Below are positions 1 through 10,112 of a stretch of DNA of 27,942 bases, one piece after another. The stretch is taken from assembly GCA_046153645.1 (NCBI GenBank), contig JBJXGI010000050.1:1-27942 (forward strand), written 5' to 3'. The stretch's first letter is position 1, and each line of letters starts with the position of its first letter. Origin of the DNA: Elusimicrobiota bacterium. GTDB lineage: Bacteria > Elusimicrobiota > Elusimicrobia > F11. The position numbers were made by a program, and so were the translations under genes. The notes below the pieces were generated by a model. The model was given only the letters and a program-made list of their open reading frames with translations. It was not told the origin of the DNA and did not search any database.

Positions 1-1313
1 CCGTGCGTCATAATAGGAGGCTATGACAATCGACATGGACGACTCAAATATTACAGATATTGCTGGTATACGGAAGGTACTCAAGGGCATCACCGGAATA
101 AAACTCAAGGGACATTCGCGTGATGAGAAATATGCATGGCTCAACCGAACACTCGAACGGTTCGGTTATTTCAAGCTCTGCAAGAAAGACAAAGCCATTC
201 TCAAGGGCTACGCTCAAGCCATCACCGGTTACTCTGATGCCCAAATCACTCGACTCATTACTTGTAAAAGACGACGGGGAAACATTACTGTTGAGCCATC
301 TACGCGCCATCGTTTCAGCCGACGTTATACCCCTGAAGACATGGCACTTCTGCTGGAAACAGATAACATTCACCAGCGTCTTTCTGGACCTGCGACCAAG
401 GCCTTGTTCCAGAGGGCCTTTCATCTCTACGGGGATCAACGTTTTCTCAGGCTCAAAGAGATATCCGTGGCCCATCTCTATAACTTACGCTCTACTAAGA
501 ATTATCAAAGACGCACTTTGGTCTTGGCCAAAACCAATCCCGTTAAACGCAGCATCGGCACACGGAAAAAACCTTCTCCCAACGGCCGCCCTGGATATCT
601 GCGTGTGGACACTGTTCACCAAGGAGACAAGGATAAAGTCAAAGGCGTCTATCACATCAACATCGTTGACGAGGTCACTCAATGGGAAATCGTCGGGGCC
701 GTGGAGGGTATTTCTGAAATCTTCTTGGAACCTCTACTGGAAAAATCGCTCGACCGTTTTCCCTTTATCATCTCTGGGTTTCATTCTGACAACGGTTCGG
801 AATTCATCAACGATCGTGTGGCCCAACTCCTTAACAAACTCCTCATTGAACAAACCAAGTCACGTTCCAGGCGCACCAACGATAATGCTTTGGTTGAGGG
901 CAAAAACGGCAGCATCATTCGTAAACAAATGGGTTATGCCCACATCCCCCGTCGTCATGCCACTCAAATTAACAACTTCTACATGACTCATCTTAACGAT
1001 TATCTCAACTTTCATAGGCCTTGTGGCTTCGCCACAACCATTACAGACCGCAAAGGCAAACAGAAAAAAATCTATGAAACCTGGCTGACTCCCTATGATC
1101 GTTTGAAAACCCTAAAGAACTGGGAAAAATCTCTCAAGACCACTATTACACCTGAGCAGCTTGCTCAATTCGCTTCCGCTCACAGCGATCACCATTTCGC
1201 ATCTCAGATGCTCAAAGCTAAAGAAAAACTCTTTTCTTCTCTCGGTACAACTTGATTTCTACGACGCACGGCTTGATTCTTATTTGAGGCTCATTCTTGG
1301 ATTGGAATATGCT
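1..1313 (+). mobile_element. Insertion sequence carrying a DDE transposase; left end probably outside the window, right boundary approximate
   Basis: Transposase ORF; inverted repeat CCGTGCGTCATA (1-12) vs TACGACGCACGG (1260-1271), 11/12 match; visibly more GC-rich than flanking host genes. Confidence 0.7.
23..1255 (+). CDS. Integrase-core (rve) DDE transposase, ISNCY/IS481-like
   Basis: PGYLRVDTVH, GFHSDNGSEF and NDNALVEGKNG motifs give the D-D-E triad; AGGAGG upstream. Confidence 0.9.
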   Translation: MTIDMDDSNITDIAGIRKVLKGITGIKLKGHSRDEKYAWLNRTLERFGYFKLCKKDKAILKGYAQAITGYSDAQITRLITCKRRRGNITVEPSTRHRFSRRYTPEDMALLLETDNIHQRLSGPATKALFQRAFHLYGDQRFLRLKEISVAHLYNLRSTKNYQRRTLVLAKTNPVKRSIGTRKKPSPNGRPGYLRVDTVHQGDKDKVKGVYHINIVDEVTQWEIVGAVEGISEIFLEPLLEKSLDRFPFIISGFHSDNGSEFINDRVAQLLNKLLIEQTKSRSRRTNDNALVEGKNGSIIRKQMGYAHIPRRHATQINNFYMTHLNDYLNFHRPCGFATTITDRKGKQKKIYETWLTPYDRLKTLKNWEKSLKTTITPEQLAQFASAHSDHHFASQMLKAKEKLFSSLGTT

Positions 1314-1371
1314 GTGATAAATTGGCGAAGGAACCCAGTTGGTTATTGATCTGGGATAGATTTCATATTTC

Positions 1372-1380
1372 TGCTATTCT
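1372..1380 (+). promoter_or_regulatory. Extended -10 promoter element, probably leaderless transcript
   Basis: TGcTATTCT followed by 6 nt then ATG at 1387; no SD sequence. Confidence 0.55.
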
Positions 1381-1386
1381 ATTGGC

Positions 1387-1596
1387 ATGATGAAGATTAT
1401 TCAAATTGACCCTGAAGTAATGGGCGGAACCCCTGTTTTCAATGGAACTCGCGTGCCAATTCAAACTCTTTTCGACTATATTGAAGGAGAAGAAACAATC
1501 GATGAATTTATTGAAGATTTTCCTACTGTTACGAAGGTTCAAGTTATTCAATTATTAGAAGAACTTAAAAAACAAGCCCTTAAAACAGCTGCATGA
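1387..1596 (+). CDS. DUF433 family antitoxin
   Basis: IDPEVMGGTPVFNGTRVP...EFIEDFP signature; ATGA overlap with the PIN gene. Confidence 0.9.
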   Translation: MMKIIQIDPEVMGGTPVFNGTRVPIQTLFDYIEGEETIDEFIEDFPTVTKVQVIQLLEELKKQALKTAA

Positions 1597-1913
1597 GAAT
1601 CCTTTTTGACGAATGCGTTCCCAAGCGCCTTCGAAGGCTTTTACCGGATTACGATGTTAAAACAGTTCCGGAAGCGAATTGGGCGGGAATTAAAAACGGA
1701 GAACTTCTCAAGAAAGCAAAGGATAATTTTGATGTTTTTATTACAGTTGATCGTAATCTTTCCTTTCAACAAAATCCCTCTTCTGTTGTTATACCAATTG
1801 TCGTTATCCACTCCTATTCCAATAAACTAAGAGATTTGGAACCTTTAATTCCTCAATTAGTCCAAGTCCTTCAAGCAAAACTAACTCTACAAGTTTACCA
1901 CGTAGGAATCTAA
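1593..1913 (+). CDS. DUF5615/PIN-like toxin (VapC45-type)
   Basis: MRILFDECVP, W.GIKNGELL and FITVDRNL motifs; paired with DUF433. Confidence 0.85.
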   Translation: MRILFDECVPKRLRRLLPDYDVKTVPEANWAGIKNGELLKKAKDNFDVFITVDRNLSFQQNPSSVVIPIVVIHSYSNKLRDLEPLIPQLVQVLQAKLTLQVYHVGI

Positions 1914-1935
1914 TTAAACTAGGTCTGGTTCTCGA

Positions 1936-1970
1936 GGGAGATTTCTCTTCTGAAAGGAATCTCTTGATTT
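1936..1970 (+). terminator. Possible intrinsic terminator after the TA pair
   Basis: GAGATTTCT (1938-1946) pairs with AGGAATCTC (1955-1963) with one G-U pair; weak T tail. Confidence 0.3.
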
Positions 1971-2028
1971 ATGAATCGTTGTTTATCACGTTAAATGACA
2001 ACATGAGTGAAATGAATATTTTAGTGTC

Positions 2029-2058
2029 TTGATTCTCTATTAACTAAACTGCTAATCT
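2029..2058 (+). promoter_or_regulatory. Putative sigma70 promoter for the rhomboid-like gene, mutS and mutL
   Basis: TTGATT-18 nt-TAATCT with TG extended -10. Confidence 0.4.
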
Positions 2059-2071
2059 CCGACGACCTACC

Positions 2072-2719
2072 ATGAATTTTCTTAACCGTTTAGAACGAAA
2101 ATTGGGATGGCTTTCAATTGAAAGGCTTCCCATGTATGTTGTTACCGCGCAAGCGCTCATTTATATTTGGGGGAAAATGAACCCAGATAACTTGCATTGG
2201 TTGGCACTGGATCCGCAAGCGATTATTTATGGGCATGAATATTGGCGCCTCATTACTTTTCTATTTATTACTCCGCTTCAAAACCCACTTTTTGCGTTTT
2301 TCTTTTTATATTTATTATTTGTTTATGGTGAGGCATTAGAGCAAGCGTGGGGAAGTTTTCGTCTTACTTTGTTTTTTTTGATCGGGGCCATTGGAACCAT
2401 GATTGGGGGGCTCTTTTTTCAAAGTTATGACGGCGCCTTTTATTTGAATACCAGTATTTTTCTGGCTTTTGCGGCCGTTCACCCCGACTTTCAGGTTTAT
2501 TTGTTTTTTGTAATTCCGGTCAAAGTAAAGTGGTTGGCTTGGGTAACCTGGGCTTATTTTATTTATGTTTTATTTTTATTGCCGATTTCGGCTAAAATGG
2601 GACTCATCGTTTCATTGGCCAATTATTTATTATTTTTCGGAAAACATCATGTCGAATATACCGCGCAACTTATTGCGCAATATCGCCGGCGTCAAAGGTT
2701 TAAAAATTCTTTAGATTAA
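2072..2719 (+). CDS. Rhomboid/Derlin-like membrane protein, apparently non-catalytic
   Basis: Multiple TM segments, EYWRLITFLF (WR motif) and ALEQAWGS; no GxSG catalytic motif. Confidence 0.7.
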   Translation: MNFLNRLERKLGWLSIERLPMYVVTAQALIYIWGKMNPDNLHWLALDPQAIIYGHEYWRLITFLFITPLQNPLFAFFFLYLLFVYGEALEQAWGSFRLTLFFLIGAIGTMIGGLFFQSYDGAFYLNTSIFLAFAAVHPDFQVYLFFVIPVKVKWLAWVTWAYFIYVLFLLPISAKMGLIVSLANYLLFFGKHHVEYTAQLIAQYRRRQRFKNSLD

Positions 2720-2721
2720 CT

Positions 2722-5307
2722 ATGTCTCATATCGAAACCCCCTCCAATCCGGCCGATTCACTGCCCAGCGATTCTCCTAAAGTCGTTACGCCTCTCATGC
2801 AGCAATATTTAAGCGTCAAGCTTAAATACCCTGATGAAATCTTGTTTTTTCGCTTGGGTGATTTTTATGAAATGTTTTATGAGGACGCTCAGCGGGCCGC
2901 TCCTATTCTAGAGGTGGCTTTAACGGCCAGACAGGCTGTCCCTATGTGTGGAATTCCCCATCATGCCGCGACCAGTTATATTTCGAAACTTTTGAAAGCG
3001 GGTTTAAGTGTGGCAATGGCTGAACAATTAGAGGACCCGAAAAAGACCAAAGGAATGGTCAAGCGAGATGTTGTTCGAGTTATTACCCCTGGAACCATTG
3101 TCGAAGATGAGCTTTTGCCGGGCAAAGCGAATAATTTTCTGGTCTCTATTGCCGTTTTAAAAGGGGAAAAAGGTCAAGTTCGTTGGGCATTGGCCGCCGC
3201 CGATGTGTCAACGGGTCGCCAATGGGTTTTGGAAGAGCCTTCTGATATGGCTTTTAATTCACTTAAGTCTCATTTGGTTTCATTGGCTCCTAGCGAAGTT
3301 CTTCTTTTAGGTGAGGCGGCTTCCTTTATTTCACCCATTCTTGATAAAAAAGCTGTGGTTCGTTTTGAACCGGTGCCCGCTCAAACACCTCGTCTCATTG
3401 AACAGGCACTGGCTGGCATTAAAAATTATTTGGCCAGAGATAATGCGAGTGCACTGGCTAGTTTACAATCGCCTGAAGTGTTACCCAGTGAGTCAACAGG
3501 AATCTTATTTTTAGATGAAACAGCAGTGAGACATTTGGAATTGGTGGCCTCTTCTGACCCCTTACATTCTAGTCCTACTTTATTATCTGTCATTGATAGA
3601 ACTGTCACTTCCTTAGGAAGTCGTTTGATTCGGTGGTGGTTGCTTCATCCCAGCAGAAAGCGCGATGTGATTGAAGATCGACTAAATCAAGTTGAAGAAT
3701 TAATTGAGTCTCCTTCTATGAGAGAAGAACTTCGCCAAACCTTAAAAGAAGTGGCCGATATTGAACGCATCTGTGTTCGTGTTCAGGGCGGATCTGCTTC
3801 CCCGAGAGATTTGGCTTCTTTGAGGATGAGCATTTCGCGCTTTCCGCAAATTCAAAAAATTTTGCAGCGAGCGACATCTCAAGGGGGAGCGCAATATTTT
3901 CAAAAAAATATTTTGGCTCTTCAAATACCACAAGAACTCTCCGCTCTTTTAGAAAATCAATTAACCGATGAACCTCCGGCCAAGCTAAGTGATGGAGGGG
4001 TTATTCGTGATTGATTTTATCCCGAACTAGATGAATTAAGAGAACTTCGTCGCAACGGAAAAAAATGGATTGCCGCTCTTGAAGCGTCTGAACGAGATCG
4101 AACCGGTATTGGTTCAATGAAAATTGGTTTCAATGACGTGTTTGGATATTACTTGGAAGTGTCAAAGACGAACATTAACAAGGTTCCTTCTGATTGGATT
4201 CGAAAACAAACACTCACCAATGGAGAACGATATGTCACCCCAGCGCTCAAAGAACAAGAAGAAAAAATATTAGGCGCTGAAGATAAAATTTTGGCACTGG
4301 AAACGCGTCTTTATGCGGAACTGGTTCACCAGGTGGCGGCGTTTGCTCCGTCTATTCAGAAGTCAGCGCAAGGAATTGCGCATATTGATGCAATTGCTTC
4401 ACTCTCTCAAGCCGCTTTAGAGCATCACTTTGTTCGCCCTGACATCAATGATTCTAATCATTTAAATATTAAAAATGGTCGCCATCCTGTTATTGAAAAA
4501 CATATCGGGCGAGATCGTTTTATTGCCAACGATCTTGTTATGGATGATGAGAGGCGAATTTCTCTTATTACAGGTCCCAACATGGCAGGGAAATCAACTT
4601 ATTTAAGACAGGCAGCCCTCATTGTTATTTTGGCTCAAATGGGATCTTTTGTTCCGGTGGAATCGGCGCAGATTGGTTTGGTTGATAAAATTTTTACACG
4701 GATTGGCGCGTCAGATCGATTGGCTCAAGGGCAGTCGACGTTTATGGTTGAAATGCAAGAAGTGGCTACTTTAATGAAACATGCCACCAGTCGGAGTTTG
4801 TTGATTTTAGATGAAGTGGGCAGAGGCACTTCCACTTATGATGGTGTTTCCATTGCTTGGGCGGTGGTTGAATACTTATCTAAATTAACGCCGCGAGCGC
4901 TTTTTGCGACACATTATTTTGAATTAACTCAATTGGAAGGTTTACTCCCGGGAGTGTTTAATTCTCACGCGACCGCTAAAGAATGGCCGGGTGCAGACGG
5001 TAGAAGGCAGGTGGTTTTTCTTTATCAAATTTTAAATGGGGCCGCCGACAGGTCCTATGGAATTCATGTCGCTGAAATGGCGGGGATTCCTTCTGACTGC
5101 ACCAAGCGCGCACGGGACATTTTAAAAGAGCTCGAAGTGGGCAGGAAAGACTCCGCCACCAAAAAATTAACCAGTTCAATTGAGCAGTTAGAATTTTTTG
5201 GCGGTCACCCTGTTGTCGAAGATTTAAAAAATATCAACGCCAATAATTTAACACCTTTAGAAGCTTTGAACAAACTATCGGAACTCATTCGAAAAGTGCA
5301 GGAGTAA
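2722..5307 (+). pseudogene. mutS: DNA mismatch repair MutS interrupted by one in-frame TGA (4012-4014); otherwise full length (861 codons)
   Basis: TPLMQQY, GDFYEMF, GPNMAGKST, STFMVEM, DEVGRGTS and SYGIHVA motifs; the two ORF-track pieces are in the same frame, and the gap reads [46 protein letters not shown]. Confidence 0.9.
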
Positions 5308-5313
5308 GTTTTA

Positions 5314-7134
5314 ATGTCGACCATCCCCTCCCGAATAAAACAGCTTCCTGATGATCTCATTACGCGTATTGCCGCGGGTGAAGTGGTTGACCGGCCAGCC
5401 TCTGTTATAAAAGAATTGGTAGAAAACAGTATTGACGCCGGAGCAACGCGCATTTTAATTGAGATTGAAGCGGCGGGAAGAAATCGAATTCTTATTTCTG
5501 ATAATGGATCTGGAATGACCAAAGAAGAAGCGCTCCTCGCATTAAAACGGCACGCCACTTCAAAAATTAATTGTCTAGAAGATTTAGAAGCCCTTCAAAC
5601 CTTTGGCTTTAGAGGAGAAGCCGTTCCCAGTATTGCTTCTGTTTCTAAATTCAAATTGGCCACTCGTTTTTCTCAAGAAGAAATAGGTTGGGAATTTGTG
5701 GTAGAAGGGGGGAAAGTTATTTCAGAAACCCCCATCGCTCGCGAACCAGGAACCACCATTGAAGTAAACGAACTTTTTTTTAATACACCCGCTCGGTTTA
5801 AATTTCTTAAAACTGACGCCACGGAACGATCGCAGTGTTTAAAAGTGATAGAAGAAATTGTTTTTGGATCACCTCAAGTTTCTTTTCAAATAAAAATTGA
5901 AGCTAATAAACCCAGCAACTTCCAAGGTAAAAATAATGAACCGCTCGAAACATTGCGCAATCGTATTGCCGAAGCCTGGGGGGGCAGATGGGACAATCAA
6001 ATTCGTTCCGTTCAATCACAAGGTCAACATTTTCAAGTTCATGGGTTTGTAACAGACCCGAGCTTTTCTCAAGCAACACCCAAGTATCAATATCTCTATA
6101 TTAATAGAAGACCGGTGCAAAATCGTCGTTTAGCCCGAGCTATTTATGACGCTTATACCGGGCAACTATTTACAGGTCGCCATCCGGGTTGGGTGTTGTT
6201 TTTAGAAGTCGATCCGGCTTCTGTTGATGTTAATGTTCACCCAACGAAACGAGAAGTGAAACTGACCCATGAAAGTGAACTCTACGGATTTCTATTAAAT
6301 GCGGTAAAAAGTTCTTTGCAAGGGTCGGAGGGTTCAGGGGTTCAATTGTTTCAATCAGAATCTCGCCCATCCTCTGAACAGTGGAAACCTATTTTTTCAG
6401 GGGGAACTCCATCACGAGTTTCGCCCGCGAATTTTATTTCTCCTCAGGCCATTGAGGCTTCTTTAGATCAGCTCTATCAAAGATTACCTGAGGACAAATC
6501 TGTCGCTACTTTGGACCCCGAAGATTTAAGAATGCTTGATTTGCGAGATCCTGATCTCAAATTTATATGCCAGATAAGGCAGACATTTATTTTGGCGGAA
6601 TCTAAGGTGGCGCTTCTCGTGATCGATCAGCATGCAGCGGCGGAAAAAGTGGCTTATGAAAAATTGATGAGTAACTTTACTTCCGCCAAACCCGCTGTCC
6701 AAATGCAATTGGTGCCATTTACATGGGAAGTTTCATTTAATGTTTCGCCATTGGTTGAAAATAATTTGCAGGTATTTAATAAGTTGGGGTACCTTATTGA
6801 GCCGTTTGGGAAACAAACGTTTCTTGTTAAAGGCGTGCCGGCTCATTTAAATCCAAATTTAGATTTACATTCTTTGCTCGATGGGATTAGCGATATATTG
6901 GGGGATCCCACTGACAAACGAGGGGGAATTGAACGAAATATTGAACATCGAATGGCGGCCATGACAGCGTGCAAAGCTTCTGTTAAAGCGGGAGATGTTT
7001 TATCCCCCTTAGAATGTCAGGCTCTTTTAAAACAATTGCCTGAATGTAGAAATCCTTTTACGTGCCCTCACGGTCGGCCCACGGTGATCAGAATTCCTTT
7101 TAATGATTTAGAAGTAAGGTTTAGAAGAACTTAA
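5314..7134 (+). CDS. mutL: DNA mismatch repair endonuclease MutL
   Basis: IAAGEVV, KELVENSIDAG and GFRGEA motifs; C-terminal DQHAAAEKVAYE, ACK and CPHGRP endonuclease motifs. Confidence 0.97.
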   Translation: MSTIPSRIKQLPDDLITRIAAGEVVDRPASVIKELVENSIDAGATRILIEIEAAGRNRILISDNGSGMTKEEALLALKRHATSKINCLEDLEALQTFGFRGEAVPSIASVSKFKLATRFSQEEIGWEFVVEGGKVISETPIAREPGTTIEVNELFFNTPARFKFLKTDATERSQCLKVIEEIVFGSPQVSFQIKIEANKPSNFQGKNNEPLETLRNRIAEAWGGRWDNQIRSVQSQGQHFQVHGFVTDPSFSQATPKYQYLYINRRPVQNRRLARAIYDAYTGQLFTGRHPGWVLFLEVDPASVDVNVHPTKREVKLTHESELYGFLLNAVKSSLQGSEGSGVQLFQSESRPSSEQWKPIFSGGTPSRVSPANFISPQAIEASLDQLYQRLPEDKSVATLDPEDLRMLDLRDPDLKFICQIRQTFILAESKVALLVIDQHAAAEKVAYEKLMSNFTSAKPAVQMQLVPFTWEVSFNVSPLVENNLQVFNKLGYLIEPFGKQTFLVKGVPAHLNPNLDLHSLLDGISDILGDPTDKRGGIERNIEHRMAAMTACKASVKAGDVLSPLECQALLKQLPECRNPFTCPHGRPTVIRIPFNDLEVRFRRT

Positions 7135-7144
7135 TAATTAAATC

Positions 7145-7153
7145 TGATAAGAT
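7145..7153 (+). promoter_or_regulatory. Extended -10 promoter element, probably leaderless transcript
   Basis: TGaTAAGAT followed by 6 nt then ATG at 7160; no SD sequence. Confidence 0.55.
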
Positions 7154-7159
7154 TTTTCT

Positions 7160-7474
7160 ATGAGTATCCTAGAAATAATTAAAAAGTCAGCTGAAAATAA
7201 AATATTATTTTTACCACATGCTGTAAATCAAATGTCAAGACTTGATAGAATGATTACTCCGTCTGAAGTAAGGAAAGTTATTAGTTGTGGTGAAATAATT
7301 GAGAATTACCCAAAGGATATTCGTGGGCACAGTTGTTTGATGTTAGGTTTTGGAGATAATAAAAGACCTATTCATGTTGTTTGTGCACCTAAAAATGAAT
7401 TTTTAGCTATTATTACTGCTTATATTCCTTCAGGAAATGAATGGAAGGAAGATTTCAAGGAGAGGAAAAAATGA
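7160..7474 (+). CDS. DUF4258 family protein (putative RelE-like toxin)
   Basis: HAVNQM, GEIIENYP.D.RG.SCL, PIHVVC and IITAYIP motifs. Confidence 0.85.
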   Translation: MSILEIIKKSAENKILFLPHAVNQMSRLDRMITPSEVRKVISCGEIIENYPKDIRGHSCLMLGFGDNKRPIHVVCAPKNEFLAIITAYIPSGNEWKEDFKERKK

Positions 7475-7683
7475 ATTGCATTCATTGTCAAGGAAAAATG
7501 TTGAAAAAAACTGCTCCTTATCATATTGATCGTCAAGGATTTCATGTGGTTATTGATGTTGTCCCAGCATGGGTTTGTTCTCAATGTGGTGAAGTTTATT
7601 TTGAAGAATCTCAGGTGGAATCTATTCAAAATGTTATTCGCGCTCTTGATACCCAGATTTCTAAGCTTCCAAAATCAGCTTAA
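7471..7683 (+). CDS. YgiT/MqsA-type zinc-finger protein (putative antitoxin)
   Basis: MNCIHC...VPAWVCSQCGEVYF; ATG at 7471 overlaps the upstream stop (ATGA). Confidence 0.85.
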   Translation: MNCIHCQGKMLKKTAPYHIDRQGFHVVIDVVPAWVCSQCGEVYFEESQVESIQNVIRALDTQISKLPKSA

Positions 7684-7698
7684 TTTCTATTCCTTCGA

Positions 7699-8229
7699 AT
7701 GTTGATCCTCGCTAAAATCGTTGCCAAAATATTGTCCATCTTAAATGGGGAAGTTTCTCCTCGTCAGATTGCCGCCGGTTTTTCTATTGGTGTTTTAATT
7801 GGACTATTACCTTTGGGTGGTCTTATGTCCCTGTTTGTTATTTTTGGTGCGTTTCTCATTAATGTGAATTTGGCGATCATGTTTGTGGCGGCAGGAATTT
7901 TTAAGATTATTGCTTACGCTATTGATCCTATTGCCAATCAGATTGGTTATCAATTGTTAACTCAGGTTCCGGCTTTGACACCCTTTTGGACCAAGCTTTA
8001 CAATTTGCCTGTTGTTCCTTACACAAAGTTTAACAACACCTTGGTGTTGGGCAGTTTGGTGTTAGGGATTGTTCTTCTTATTCCTGCTTATTTTTTAGCC
8101 AAAAAAGGAATTGTTCAATATCGGACTCATTTAAAACAAAAAGTACTGGATCTTAAAATAATGAAAATGTTCCAAGCCAGTTCTATCTATCAGTATTACC
8201 AATCTTTTAAAGGGATTGTTGGAAAATAA
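7699..8229 (+). CDS. TIGR03546 family (DUF2062-like) membrane protein
   Basis: SPRQIAAG, LYNLPVVPYTKFNNTLVLGS motifs; coupled to TIGR03545. Confidence 0.85.
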   Translation: MLILAKIVAKILSILNGEVSPRQIAAGFSIGVLIGLLPLGGLMSLFVIFGAFLINVNLAIMFVAAGIFKIIAYAIDPIANQIGYQLLTQVPALTPFWTKLYNLPVVPYTKFNNTLVLGSLVLGIVLLIPAYFLAKKGIVQYRTHLKQKVLDLKIMKMFQASSIYQYYQSFKGIVGK

Positions 8230-10112
8230 TGAAATTTCTCTCTTTCATTCGATGGAAGTTTGTTATTCCTATGCTAATTTTTTTGGCGGCATTTATTGTT
8301 TTTTTCAAATTCTTTTTTGATCCTTTGTTAGAAAAATCGATTGAATATGTTGGGTCCCAGGCCAATGGGGCAAAAGTTGAAATTGATCATTTAAAAACAA
8401 ATTTATTAAAAGGGCGATTTGAAATTGAACGTCTTCAAGTTGCCAATGAGCTTGCGCCCATGACAAATGTGTTTGAATCAGGAACCATGGCTTTAGAGTT
8501 GGTTCTCGGTGATCTTTTCTCCAAAAGGTTTATTATTAATGAATTGAAGTTGGCCCATTTGCAATTTGGCACTGCTCGTAAAACATCGGGAGCTATTCCT
8601 AAAAAACCAAAACCCGCTGACGCGTCGTCCAGTTTAGCAGACAAGCTTTTAGAAAAGTACAAAGGGCGATTTGAACTGCAATTGGATGGAATAAAAGCCG
8701 ATTTAAATTCGCGTATTGAGTTTGATCCCAAAGATTTGTTAATTGTTAAACAAGCCAATTCATTAAAAACTCAAGTGGAGGCTTTTCCTTCATCTTGGGA
8801 AAATAAAGTGAATAATTTAAACATCGAAACTCGCCTTAAAGAGATTGAAACAAAAATAAAAACTCTTAAAGAAACACCCACCAAAGGGCCCGAAGCATTA
8901 ATAGCGATTCCTCAAGCCATAAAAAAAATTCAAGAAGTTAAAGACGGGCTCAATAAAATAAAAAGTGACGTTGAAAATACCAAAAATGATTTTTCTAATA
9001 GTATTAAAGAATTTCAATCTGGTATTAGAGGTTTAAGTTCAGCAAAACAACAAGATGTGAACGGGCTGCTCTCACGTTTAAATTTAGATTTTGCTGATCC
9101 CAAACGAATTGTAGAAGGACTGATTGGTCCTGATGTTCTTTATAAATTTCGACTGGTTGCTCACTATATAGAAGTCGCGCGTGCGTATATGCCAACTCAA
9201 AAAGTGGAAGACGCCGTGCCACCTCGGCCACGTTTAAAAGGAATCGATATTAAATTCCCAACACCCGCTACCCCGCCATCTTTTTGGCTGAAAAATTCTT
9301 TTTTAAGTGGTGTTTATAAAGGAATTGCTGCTTCTGGAACAATGAAACATATCACCAGTGAACCGTCAAAAGTGGGATTGCCCATGATGTTTGATTTTAA
9401 AGGAGGAGAAGGATCTCAACAATTATCTTTATCGGTTCTTTTAGATCACACCAAAGAAATTTATAAAAATAGCGGGAAGTTTTATGCCTCAGGTTTCCCG
9501 GTCACTGATTTTGTTTCTGAAGGGCCATTGGCTCAAGCGCTTAAGAAGGGAATGGGTGGTGTTAATTTAACTGTCAACATGGTTGAGGGAGCTGATTTTT
9601 CTGGAAAAGTGCAATTTAATTTATCCGACTTACAATTTAATGATGAGAGCTTATTGAATGCGGTGGGTTTAAAGAATTTAGATCTTTCTAAAAAAGAAGA
9701 TCAATTTAAAAAAATGTTTGTTGATAAATTAGCGCGTGCCATTGAGAAAACACCACAAATAGCATTCTCTGGTGATTTGTCTGGAACTTGGAATGACCCC
9801 GATATTGATATCAAATCAAACCTTGAACCAATCATGAGCTCAGTTGTAAAAGATTCTCTGGGTGATGCTATTAATGAACAAAAGAAAAAGTTAGAAGAAC
9901 AATTGTCCAAAATTGTTTCAGAAAAGACGGATGAGTTGAACTCACAATTGGCTGCGGGTCAATCAGCCATAGATGCGAAATTAAAAGAATTTCAAACTCA
10001 AATTGAAGCGAAAATGAAAGAAGTTACTGGGCTTAATTTTCATTCTATTTCAGAAGAAAAATCTCTCCCCAAAGTTAAAATTCCTAAATTAGACGGTCTT
10101 TTTAAAAAATAA
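8229..10112 (+). CDS. TIGR03545 family protein (AsmA-like N-terminus, coiled coils)
   Basis: N-terminal TM anchor, GAKVEI, QFGTARKTSGA and PRLKGIDIKFP motifs; TAATG overlap with the upstream gene. Confidence 0.8.
   Translation: MKFLSFIRWKFVIPMLIFLAAFIVFFKFFFDPLLEKSIEYVGSQANGAKVEIDHLKTNLLKGRFEIERLQVANELAPMTNVFESGTMALELVLGDLFSKRFIINELKLAHLQFGTARKTSGAIPKKPKPADASSSLADKLLEKYKGRFELQLDGIKADLNSRIEFDPKDLLIVKQANSLKTQVEAFPSSWENKVNNLNIETRLKEIETKIKTLKETPTKGPEALIAIPQAIKKIQEVKDGLNKIKSDVENTKNDFSNSIKEFQSGIRGLSSAKQQDVNGLLSRLNLDFADPKRIVEGLIGPDVLYKFRLVAHYIEVARAYMPTQKVEDAVPPRPRLKGIDIKFPTPATPPSFWLKNSFLSGVYKGIAASGTMKHITSEPSKVGLPMMFDFKGGEGSQQLSLSVLLDHTKEIYKNSGKFYASGFPVTDFVSEGPLAQALKKGMGGVNLTVNMVEGADFSGKVQFNLSDLQFNDESLLNAVGLKNLDLSKKEDQFKKMFVDKLARAIEKTPQIAFSGDLSGTWNDPDIDIKSNLEPIMSSVVKDSLGDAINEQKKKLEEQLSKIVSEKTDELNSQLAAGQSAIDAKLKEFQTQIEAKMKEVTGLNFHSISEEKSLPKVKIPKLDGLFKK

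Noticed and set aside
44..986. Overlapping ORFs 120..986(+), 44..475(-) and 485..682(-) within the IS
   Set aside because: No recognisable motifs; likely shadows of the transposase frame
1314..1349. VINWRRNPVGY* as the tail of a gene disrupted by the IS
   Set aside because: Too short to support without the left flank of the element
4012..4014. Genome-wide TGA=Gly recoding (translation table 25)
   Set aside because: Only one in-frame TGA occurs in thousands of host codons; Gly is encoded by GGN throughout, and yggS ends at TGA at its expected C-terminus
4012..4070. Selenocysteine readthrough in mutS
   Set aside because: The homologous residue is Gly, not Cys, and no convincing SECIS-like hairpin follows
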